Shown in pieces: positions 1-8,177 of a stretch of DNA of 64,000 bases. Where the stretch lies: NCBI GenBank assembly GCA_963803805.1, contig CAWDOD010000004.1, positions 384,001 to 448,000 on the forward strand, given 5' to 3'. The notes under the pieces are model-generated. The model did not search any database and was not told the origin of the DNA. It was given only the letters and a program-made list of their open reading frames with translations. The position numbers were made by a program, and so were the translations under genes. Source of the stretch: an uncultured cyanobacterium. GTDB taxonomy: Bacteria > Cyanobacteriota > Cyanobacteriia > Cyanobacteriales > CAWCAG01. Positions within the stretch are counted from its first letter, which is position 1, and each line of letters opens with the position of its first letter.

Positions 1-119
1 CTGCTATTACGATGTTCACCTAATTCCTGTAAAATGCTTTCAAATTCTTGCCAAGTTACATCTTTCAAGAGCAGTTTTTGCCCCAGAGGAACAGAAAATC
101 TTTTTAATTCTAATAGCAT
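1..119 (-). CDS. Uma2-family endonuclease, 5' part (runs off window start)
   Basis: Not in ORF track. Manual translation from ATG 119 gives MLLELKRFSVPLGQKLLLKDVTWQEFESILQELGEHRNS, the typical cyanobacterial Uma2 N-terminus. Confidence 0.8.
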   Translation of the reverse strand, partial: MLLELKRFSVPLGQKLLLKDVTWQEFESILQELGEHRNS

Positions 120-192
120 GTGGTTTGTCAATTTTCAACTGACTGATAAAGGATAAACTGTTAGCTATTTAAAAAATATATTGTTAAGTCAA

Positions 193-246
193 ATTACTTA
201 TTACTTATTACTTATTACTTATTACTTATTACTTATTACTTATTAC
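193..246. repeat. Heptamer tandem repeat (ATTACTT) x~7.7, STRR-like
   Basis: Directly visible just downstream of thiS. Confidence 0.95.
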
Positions 247-250
247 CTCA

Positions 251-472
251 TCAGCCACCCCCCACAATAGTGACAACTTCTAAGCGATCGCCTTCAGTAA
301 TTTGCGTATCTGCCCAATATTGGCGGTGTAAAATCTCGCCGTTATATTCCACCGCTACTAAACGGGGATTTAGGCCCATTTGTTCAAGTAACTGAGGTAA
401 CTTTGTTCCTGAATCACAGGTTTGTACTTCACCATTAACTTGTAACTTAATTTGCTGAGTAGGATTAGTCAT
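251..472 (-). CDS. thiS: Thiamine biosynthesis sulfur carrier ThiS
   Basis: VNGE...VAVEYNGEILHR...EVVTIVGGG with C-terminal GG; overlaps thiE stop. Confidence 0.95.
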   Translation of the reverse strand: MTNPTQQIKLQVNGEVQTCDSGTKLPQLLEQMGLNPRLVAVEYNGEILHRQYWADTQITEGDRLEVVTIVGGG

Positions 473-1541
473 TGTGCAGAGGACGGACGAGATTATGATT
501 ATTATTGGCTAGTTGCGAGATAAAATACTGGGTGATGGGAGTAGGTTGTTCCGCTTCCATAATTGCCCTCACTACAGCTACTCTTTTCGCTCCAGACTGC
601 ATAACATCCTGAAGATTATTGGTGTCAATACCACCGATAGCAAACCAAGGAACTGTAGCATTTTTAGCCGCATAACGTAGGTAATCATGCCCTGCGGCTG
701 CTTTGCCTGCTTTGGTAGGAGTTTCATAAACTGGTCCCACACCAATATAATCTGCTCCTTGGGCGATCGCCCGTTGCATTTCTTCAGGGTTAGTAGTTGA
801 ACGCCCAATCAGACGTTGTTCTCCTAATAATTGTCGTGCCAAGTTAATCGGAACATCTTGTTGTCCTAAATGTACCCCATCAGCATTAACAGCCAAAGCT
901 AAATCAACCCTATCGTTCATAATAAACAAAGCTCCATAATTGTGGCACAACTGGCACATTTTTTGAGCATTGCCAAGACGGGTTGTATCGTCAGTGTTTT
1001 TATCTCGATACTGTACCAATGCTAAACCTCCTTGAAGTGCTGCTTCCACAGTCGGGAGAAGCTTTTCACTAGGAGATGTTACCAAATATAAAAGGGCATT
1101 TTTAAATTGTTGATGGCGTTTATAAGCGATTAAATTACTTTCTAAAGTATAAACTCGATAGCGCATTTGCTTAAAGGTAGCGCCCATTTGAGCTTGATAT
1201 AATTTGCCATATTCTTCCAAAACCCGCAAAGCTTCCTGTACCCGACACAAATTCACTTGAAGTAGCTGTTCAATACTAGTCCGCTTTTCTTCTTGAGGAT
1301 GGGAAAGTTGTGTCCCCAGATCCCCCGGAGTATCCCTTGCTGAGCGCAATTCTGCACCATGCCAAAGGGCCAATTCTTGGCGCATCTGCTTGCATTCTGC
1401 GGCCATTTCGCTGCTATCAAGTCCAAATCGACACCATTCTTCAATAATCCGTAGTCCTTCTCTGGCTCGGTCTAAGTTAGCATCTAAAATACGGTAGATT
1501 GCGTAGTTACTATTTCGATCCTGGTTAAATTGTTCGCCCAT
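465..1541 (-). CDS. thiE: Thiamine-phosphate synthase (long cyanobacterial form)
   Basis: N-terminal RILDANLDRAREGLR domain plus QYRDK, NDRVD, GVHLGQQD, TPTK and AIGGI motifs. Confidence 0.95.
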   Translation of the reverse strand: MGEQFNQDRNSNYAIYRILDANLDRAREGLRIIEEWCRFGLDSSEMAAECKQMRQELALWHGAELRSARDTPGDLGTQLSHPQEEKRTSIEQLLQVNLCRVQEALRVLEEYGKLYQAQMGATFKQMRYRVYTLESNLIAYKRHQQFKNALLYLVTSPSEKLLPTVEAALQGGLALVQYRDKNTDDTTRLGNAQKMCQLCHNYGALFIMNDRVDLALAVNADGVHLGQQDVPINLARQLLGEQRLIGRSTTNPEEMQRAIAQGADYIGVGPVYETPTKAGKAAAGHDYLRYAAKNATVPWFAIGGIDTNNLQDVMQSGAKRVAVVRAIMEAEQPTPITQYFISQLANNNHNLVRPLHND

Positions 1542-1715
1542 GGTTTTGATTACCTTAATTCCTGTTTTAGCCCCTTGGATTAAATTGAGCCAAATTAAGG
1601 AAGATTCTACTTATAAAGCGAGGGGCTTAGCCCCCCATTAATTTCTCAAGATTACCTCAAAATAGGTTCTACCTCACATTCTCCTAATTAGCCCTTAGCT
1701 ATTAACTTAATTATT

Positions 1716-2186
1716 GTGTCTGAAGAATTACTCCCTGGATATAAGTTGCAAGTTGGTACTGGTACTGAACGTGCTTTACTAATTAAGTTTATGCACCAAA
1801 CTTATCAAGAACTTTTTCCTCAACAACAAGATTTTTCCCATTTAAACGAAACTGTAGAAAAGTATTTTTCTGCCCAAACCCCTGTGTGGTTTGTCCTACC
1901 AATAACAACAGAAATCATTACTCCCGTTGCCTGTCTTTGGTTAGGTAACACCATCGATCAGGTTAAAGGCGATCGCCATAGCCATATTTTTCTTGTTTAT
2001 GTATCCCCACCCTATCGTCAACAAGGGATCGGTTCAAGGTTATTAGAATATGCCCAAAAATGGTCTTCTTCTAGGGGGGATCACCAAATTAGCTTACAAG
2101 TTTTCCCCAATAATCACGGGGCAATCAAATTGTATCAACGCTTCGGCTATCAAACTAACTCCCTACAAATGGTCAAAACCTTTTAG
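1716..2186 (+). CDS. GNAT-family N-acetyltransferase
   Basis: VYVSPPYRQQGIGSRLL acetyl-CoA motif A and NHGAIKLYQRFGY. Confidence 0.9.
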   Translation: MSEELLPGYKLQVGTGTERALLIKFMHQTYQELFPQQQDFSHLNETVEKYFSAQTPVWFVLPITTEIITPVACLWLGNTIDQVKGDRHSHIFLVYVSPPYRQQGIGSRLLEYAQKWSSSRGDHQISLQVFPNNHGAIKLYQRFGYQTNSLQMVKTF

Positions 2187-2235
2187 TTATAATTAAGTTC
2201 TAAACCTAGGCAATATTTAAGATAAAATAGTAGTT

Positions 2236-2994
2236 ATGCATGATGATGACGAGCTACTTGTAATTGACCCCGATACACAGCTAGAAAGTCCGTTAGACCG
2301 GATGGAACCTGTGGATGAGGCAGAAAACCAATCTTCGCCAAATCCTGAAAAAATGCTGGCGTTGCTTTCTGCATCAAATCCTTCCCAACGTATGTTGGCA
2401 ACTCGCGCTTTTTGTGAAATAAAAGATAGTCGGGCCATTCCCCAGTTGATTCTCTTGCTTGAGGATGTTTGTCCCTTAGTTAGGGTTAGTGCAGCTTACG
2501 CTTTGGGTCGCAATTCTAGTTATGAGGCTGTAGAAGCCCTCATTAATCAGCTACACAGGGATTGGAACGGTTATGTCCGTAAAGGAGTCGTTTGGGCTTT
2601 AGGAAACTGCCGCGATCGCCGTTCTCTTCAACCTTTAATCGAGGCCCTAAAAACTGATATTTCTGCGGTACGTTTATGGGCAGCTAGTTCATTAGGTCAA
2701 ATTGCTAACTTGGAGTATGAAGATGTTGTCGGGGCGATACCTTCTTTGATTCAAGGTTTAAGACGAGATCCTGTCGCCGCAATCAGAAGTAACTGTGCTT
2801 GGTCTTTGGGCAAGTTATGTCGAGAATTACCTTCTAATGTTGTTTATGCTACCGCAGTGGATGCTTTGATTGAAGCCCTAGTTGAAGATGAAGATGTCGG
2901 GGTTAAAGAAGATGCTAGGGCAGCAATTCTCAAAGTAGGAGATCCTCGTGGGTTGCAGATGATTGAAGAGTTGGAATTAGAAGGCTTGATTTGA
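2236..2994 (+). CDS. HEAT-repeat (PBS lyase-like) protein
   Basis: Repeated VRxxAAxALG motifs. Confidence 0.85.
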   Translation: MHDDDELLVIDPDTQLESPLDRMEPVDEAENQSSPNPEKMLALLSASNPSQRMLATRAFCEIKDSRAIPQLILLLEDVCPLVRVSAAYALGRNSSYEAVEALINQLHRDWNGYVRKGVVWALGNCRDRRSLQPLIEALKTDISAVRLWAASSLGQIANLEYEDVVGAIPSLIQGLRRDPVAAIRSNCAWSLGKLCRELPSNVVYATAVDALIEALVEDEDVGVKEDARAAILKVGDPRGLQMIEELELEGLI

Positions 2995-3016
2995 TAAGTA
3001 GTTAAGTAGCAATTTA

Positions 3017-3044
3017 AATGGCTAATGGCTAATGGCTAATGGCT
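3017..3044. repeat. Heptamer tandem repeat (AATGGCT) x4
   Basis: Directly visible between convergent genes. Confidence 0.9.
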
Positions 3045-3124
3045 AGTTGGTAAAATCTTAGACTTGTGTGAGAATATTTTATTTACTGGAGTTCTCTTAG
3101 TCTTTTACCTAACTCCTGTTTATA

Positions 3125-4018
3125 TTACTGCGGTTGTGGTACATCAGGACGTATGAGCAGATAAGATTCATCTACTAAAGTCTGATAGACTCCTTTAATA
3201 TTCAAAGGAAGCCATTCTTCGTACATAGCCAGATCGCTATAGTCATCGAGGCGAATTTCGTTTTGGAGGGTAGCTAAGTCTTTGCCAGCCCGGATGCCCT
3301 CTAGGACAGAATCATACAGGGCCTCAAGATAGCCAAGATATCTCTCCACGTCTTCTTTTGTCCCCACCTCTGCGTGTCCTCCTACAAGCACCTCAAAATC
3401 CATATCCAGCACCTCTCTAGTAGAATTAATCATGCCTTGGATATCGTAACCCTGAAGATCCTTATAGGGCATACGTCCCAAAACAATCCAATCTACCACG
3501 TGCAGAACACCAGCAGGTTCAAATAACATAGAAATAGAACCACGCCCGTTGTTTGTGCCATGATATCGCAAACCCACTTGACTCTCACCAAGATAAAGCA
3601 CCATCTCATCATTAAAGACAAGGTTAGGAATCCTAGTTTGGGCTTTGGTTTGTACTAGATCCTCACGGGCAAGTTGATGGGAGACAAAATCTACACCCTC
3701 TCCGTCAAAAACTTCACCACCATAGACATGATCAGGATGATTGTGACTATAGATAACCAAGCGAACAGGTTTGTTGAATCTTTGTGCTAATTCCCCCTTT
3801 AGCCATGTAGCTGCCTCTTTGCTGATTGGATCAGTGACGATAATCCCTGCATCAGTTGTCATGAAAACAGAGCGATAATTTCCGGCTTTAAAGCGGTAAA
3901 CGTTACCACGAATCGAATCAATTTGATAATCTTGCGGCAATGCAGGTATACAAATCAGGCAAACAAGCAAAAGCCCCAAAAGAATACTACTGATTTTTGC
4001 TACATAGCGATTTTTCAT
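3125..4018 (-). CDS. Secreted metallo-beta-lactamase-fold hydrolase
   Basis: Signal-like N-terminus, SHNHPDH (HxHxDH), later VVD and GGH. Confidence 0.85.
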   Translation of the reverse strand: MKNRYVAKISSILLGLLLVCLICIPALPQDYQIDSIRGNVYRFKAGNYRSVFMTTDAGIIVTDPISKEAATWLKGELAQRFNKPVRLVIYSHNHPDHVYGGEVFDGEGVDFVSHQLAREDLVQTKAQTRIPNLVFNDEMVLYLGESQVGLRYHGTNNGRGSISMLFEPAGVLHVVDWIVLGRMPYKDLQGYDIQGMINSTREVLDMDFEVLVGGHAEVGTKEDVERYLGYLEALYDSVLEGIRAGKDLATLQNEIRLDDYSDLAMYEEWLPLNIKGVYQTLVDESYLLIRPDVPQPQ

Positions 4019-4158
4019 AACTCTAATCCAAAATTGAACTCACATTCAGTTAAGAGAACTCCAATAAATAAAATATCCTCACCAAGTCTAAGATTTTACC
4101 AACTAGCGATAAGCTAATGGCTAGTCGCTTTTGCATAAGTCTTTTCTTGGCTCTGTAG

Positions 4159-4497
4159 TTATTGCCCAACTCCAGGATAATTTTCAACAAATTGAACTGT
4201 AAAATCAGGGGAACTTTCTACAAACTTAACCCTTAAATCGGGAAAAGCATCAACAATTTGCCATTCTCCACATCTACTAGGAAAAATCTCAACTTGCTTA
4301 ACCAGTAAGTTAGCATTAGCAGCAACAACTTTCACATTCACATCAGGAAAGTTCTCAACAACTTGTACCTTACCATAGAGCCTTTTACCACCATAGCTAC
4401 AGCTAAAGCGATTAAGGGGATTAAAATTAGCTAAGCTTGGTTGAATACAAGCAAAGCTAACCAAAATAGGTATTAAACCCAACTTAATTATTTTCAT
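4159..4497 (-). CDS. Small secreted protein with ~11-aa V-x-(V/F)-V-(E/D)-x-F-P-D repeats (possible DUF6150 / 7_1-knot family)
   Basis: Signal peptide, six imperfect repeats, two Cys in the mature part. Family recalled, not searched. Confidence 0.65.
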   Translation of the reverse strand: MKIIKLGLIPILVSFACIQPSLANFNPLNRFSCSYGGKRLYGKVQVVENFPDVNVKVVAANANLLVKQVEIFPSRCGEWQIVDAFPDLRVKFVESSPDFTVQFVENYPGVGQ

Positions 4498-4623
4498 TCC
4501 ATCTATCCTCTACCCTTTACACTTATTAGTGTATCTCCGACATAACAAAGCTAACAGCCAACAACTAATAACTAAAAACAATTGACAAATGGAATAGTAG
4601 TTTAACTTGTCATCATTGGGTAT

Positions 4624-6195
4624 TTAGTAACCACTAATCCTAACCAAACGAATAACTGTACGCTGATGAATTGGAGAAGCGGGATCTGCGCCAATAAGGG
4701 GTTGGGAGAAACCTAAACCTTCGGCAACGAACTTGTGGGGGAGGTTTTTACTAATTAGATATTGAGTTACCACATCTGCCCTTGCTTGGGAGAGTTTTTG
4801 ATTAAAATCGGCGCTACCGGTGCGGGAAGTATGTCCTTGTATTTTAATCGCTACAGTGGAAGCATTAAACTCGCTAATCTCTGTTGCTAGCTTGTCAAGG
4901 GTTTGCTTTCCTTCTGGGGTTAGTTGCGATGCACCAGTCTCGAATTTCACCTCACCTCTCACTTTTAGATTACCAATATCATTCCCTTGTTGAACTTCGG
5001 TTGTGGATATTTGCGGTGTAGAAGTCGGTTCGGCAAAGCCCCTTAATTTCTCAGCTAATTCAGGATTATCACTTTCCACCGCCGTAATTAAATTGCTGGT
5101 TTGTTCGGCTGCTGTTTTTAAAAAAGCGTTTGTAAACAGGGTTTCTGGATTAGCTGGGATAGCATCGGTACGTCCCGAAAGCGCTAAAACTCCGGCAATG
5201 GCGCGGATTCTTTTGGTTAAAGTTCCTGATTCGAGCCAATTATTTGCTTCTACAGAAGTGAAAAATTGAATCCCTTGCCTCACTGCTGTAGCTTCAGCAT
5301 TGCTTAAATTACCGTCGGCAGCAATTTGTTGAGTTAATTGGGTTTGATCTTGAATGGAAGTATCTAGGCGACGGTAGTAAGAAGTTACAAAGCTACTCAC
5401 TAAACCGGGATTGTTATTAATAAGGCGATCGCTAGCCACCATGACATCGACAATTACCCTAGGGGCATCAGCACTACTCAACACCACCGTATTTCCCTGT
5501 GCCTTAGCCTCAGTGACATAGGGTTCCCAAAGCACAGCAATGCCAACTTGGGAGTTAGGCTTTTGCAGTTGCTGCCAAGCTTCACTAGCATCAGCAACCT
5601 TAACAATTTCAAAATCAGCTAAGTTAAAGTTTTCAAACTTAGTATCCAACACCTTAGCAAGAAACTCACTAGGAGTATCCCCTGCATAAACAATTTTCAA
5701 CTGTTCTCCCACTGCCCTTTTTTGCTTAACTAAAGCATCTAAATCATTTAGAGACTTAAGCTGAGGATACTGCTGGCTATTTAGTACTACAGCATCTGCT
5801 CCGACGGTACGATCAATTAGGGCAACAATTTTTCCTTTGGGGTTATGGGTAAGAAACTGATCTAAAGTGGTGACAATTAGATCTGCTTTACCTTCATTTA
5901 AGGCTATAGCACGAGCTTTTTGATTAAACTCATCAGCATATTTTAAAGTAACTTCTTGCTCTTTAAGGGTATTTTGAAAGTCTGTATTTCTCAAAGTAGA
6001 ATAACCACTAAAAGTATCCCCCAATACTCTAAGCTCACCTTTGGCGTGACGACCCTCTGGTGTAACAACTTCTGTATTTAAAATACTTAGCTGTTTACTA
6101 CTCAGATTACCTACTCCTACTAAAGCTGCCCCCATTAAACCTGTAGTAACCAATAGAGACAAAACTAAGATTTTGGTTTCATTCTGTACCGACAT
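4624..6195 (-). CDS. NMT1/sulfonate-type substrate-binding domain fused to C-terminal OmpA domain
   Basis: N-terminal TM; GADAVV and LWEPYV SBP motifs; F-ETGASQL, IQGHTS, NQKLSQARADVV and QRTVIR OmpA motifs. Confidence 0.85.
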   Translation of the reverse strand: MSVQNETKILVLSLLVTTGLMGAALVGVGNLSSKQLSILNTEVVTPEGRHAKGELRVLGDTFSGYSTLRNTDFQNTLKEQEVTLKYADEFNQKARAIALNEGKADLIVTTLDQFLTHNPKGKIVALIDRTVGADAVVLNSQQYPQLKSLNDLDALVKQKRAVGEQLKIVYAGDTPSEFLAKVLDTKFENFNLADFEIVKVADASEAWQQLQKPNSQVGIAVLWEPYVTEAKAQGNTVVLSSADAPRVIVDVMVASDRLINNNPGLVSSFVTSYYRRLDTSIQDQTQLTQQIAADGNLSNAEATAVRQGIQFFTSVEANNWLESGTLTKRIRAIAGVLALSGRTDAIPANPETLFTNAFLKTAAEQTSNLITAVESDNPELAEKLRGFAEPTSTPQISTTEVQQGNDIGNLKVRGEVKFETGASQLTPEGKQTLDKLATEISEFNASTVAIKIQGHTSRTGSADFNQKLSQARADVVTQYLISKNLPHKFVAEGLGFSQPLIGADPASPIHQRTVIRLVRISGY

Positions 6196-6250
6196 ATTCT
6201 TTCTTCTCCAAATTAACTGCTAGTTAAAGTAGGAGTATTAGACAAGAAAT

Positions 6251-6508
6251 TTAGCTTGTATCAGCTAGAATTTTCCTCTTTACTACTCCAAATTTTCCTG
6301 ATGTTTGATGGCTAGAACAAAACTGAATTAAGGCGCGAGATTCTTGCCTAATCCAGCCTTGCCTCGCTGCTTCCTGCAAAGCCATAAAAGCTTGCAGTTC
6401 TAAACTATTGTTTTTCTGCTTTAGTAATTGACGCAGTTGGTTTTCTGCTTCAATGGTTAAATGACCAGTACTAAAAGCTTGTTGAACAATATCGCTTATT
6501 CTCATCAT
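6251..6508 (-). CDS. Small conserved cyanobacterial hypothetical protein
   Basis: ISDIVQQAFSTGHLTIEAENQLRQLL...LQAFMALQEA...IRQESR pattern. Confidence 0.75.
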   Translation of the reverse strand: MMRISDIVQQAFSTGHLTIEAENQLRQLLKQKNNSLELQAFMALQEAARQGWIRQESRALIQFCSSHQTSGKFGVVKRKILADTS

Positions 6509-6753
6509 CTTTTAAGTAGATTGCTAATTTTTGATAGCAATAGGTGAAAGCTTTTTCGTGAAGTTATGACGAGAAGTTTCACCTATTTATTCAACAAAAG
6601 CTGAGTGGGAGATAGCGATTAAATCGAGCAACATTTGTTAGTGTCGATTCAAATTATCTCCCCTGACTCATACACAGTTGGTTTTTGTGCATGAAGATTC
6701 ACAATTAGGCAAGGACTACACAGTTGTGTATCGCTGCGAAGGGAATGGAATAT

Positions 6754-7230
6754 TTAGATGACAACAAAGTTACTAGCACTCAGGTCTGTAGCCATAACTC
6801 CTGTGAGTGTAGCCACATCTGTATTGCCAGCATTAACTAGAGTGTCATTCCCAACCTGCATAATCTTGAGGTCTGAGAAAGTTAATCCTAAATTAATCAG
6901 GCCAATGATCTCCTCACTAACATCAAAGTCGGTAATTGTGTGAGGGAGGCTAGGCAGACTGCCATCAGCAATCCAGAAGAAATCATTACCATCGCCACCA
7001 GTCAGGGTGCTACCACTAAGACCAGCCGAGAGAAAATCATCTCCTGCACCGCCGTCAAGTTGGTCATTGAAACCCCCTAAAAGAGTATCATCTCCTGCCC
7101 CGCCAACCAGGATATTGTTACCCCCACCGTTGGAAGCATTAAGGATATCATCACCATCGCCACCATCAAGTTGGTCATTAAAATTAGCTAACAGTAGATC
7201 CTCGCCATCACCACCATTAAGAACATTATC
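6754..7230 (-). pseudogene. 3' remnant of an RTX/hemolysin-type Ca-binding repeat protein, cut by the IS701-type element
   Basis: Not in ORF track (no 5' start). Translates DNVLNGGDGEDLL...LDGGDGDDIL...VGGAGDDTL...TGGDGNDFF...ITDFDV...LTGVMATDLSASNFVVI*, with a T1SS-type C-terminus. Confidence 0.9.
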
Positions 7231-8168
7231 CCTCTTCTGTCAGACTCCGAGACAAAGAAGTAAGAAAAAAGGAGACTATCCTGAGTTGAAGTAAGGTGAA
7301 TAGTAATTCATCACTGCAATTAAATCATGTAATCCTAGCAATAAATTACGGTTAGGAAACACTTCTATCCACGGCCAAACTAACCACAGCACTATCGTTG
7401 GTTGAATAATTAAACGTAGATTATTCAAAGTACTTTTCCAACCCTGTTGATGATTCCATTGTTGGTGATGAGAAAAATCAACGTCTGGCTTTTCTACTTC
7501 TTTATCTCTGGGCTTATCTTCTTTGAATCCCATATCGATTAGTTCACTAATTATCAATGATGCTAGTTGAATTTTAGTTTGATATTCATCTTCTGGTTTT
7601 AAGGTTCCTTTTGGTTTAAATACTTTAAAGGCCAGAGGTATGGTGATACCTTGGTAGATTCCATAGGCATTTACTGTGACTATTCCTCGGTCTACTTTGC
7701 CGACATTTCCTAGATATTGTCTAGCTACATAATCTGTTGTTTTTCCTTTCCTTCTATCTCCTGTTTCATCTACAACTACGATGATTGAGCTACCATTTAA
7801 TAAGCTGAGTATTCTCAGTAATCTTTGCCTTCTCAATTCTTCTACTGACCATGGGGATTGGGCGATGAAATGATGTAATGACTGGGTTGAGTTGATTCCG
7901 ACAACACGAGCTATTTCTGGTAATGACTTTCTCTTAATTGGGGAGATTATTCCTAAGTGTAAATATTTGAAACATTCATAGCTTCTTACTTCGGGGAATA
8001 TGCTTTTATAGTGACTACAATAGTCGTCGATGAAGGATACTGTTGGTCGTGCATCCCTAGCTAAATGTTTCTGTATCTGTAACTCTACATCCATCTTTGG
8101 CACTACCTTTGCACCCATCAACCATCTTTATCTATTCCTATTCTACTCCGGAGAGTGACAAAAGAGGG
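7230..8168 (-). mobile_element. IS701-family element, internally deleted (939 bp)
   Basis: Terminal IRs CCCTCTTCTGTCAGACTCCG (from 7230) and CCCTCTTTTGTCACTCTCCG (reverse complement, ending 8168), 17/20 identical; no flanking direct repeat. Confidence 0.85.
7276..8121 (-). pseudogene. IS701-family DDE transposase with in-frame internal deletion
   Basis: RKSLPEIA, QSLHHFIAQSPW, VVDETGDRRKGKTTDYVARQYLG present; jumps from ELIDMGF to the C-terminal GWKSTLNNLRL block. Only 281 aa. Confidence 0.8.
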
Positions 8169-8177
8169 CTTCTTTTT

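Noticed and set aside
193..246. Tandem repeat as a CRISPR or novel array
   Set aside because: Pure heptamer with no spacers; a common cyanobacterial STRR.
6758..7294. Plus-strand ORFs 6758..6943 and 7007..7294
   Set aside because: Antisense shadows of the RTX repeats.
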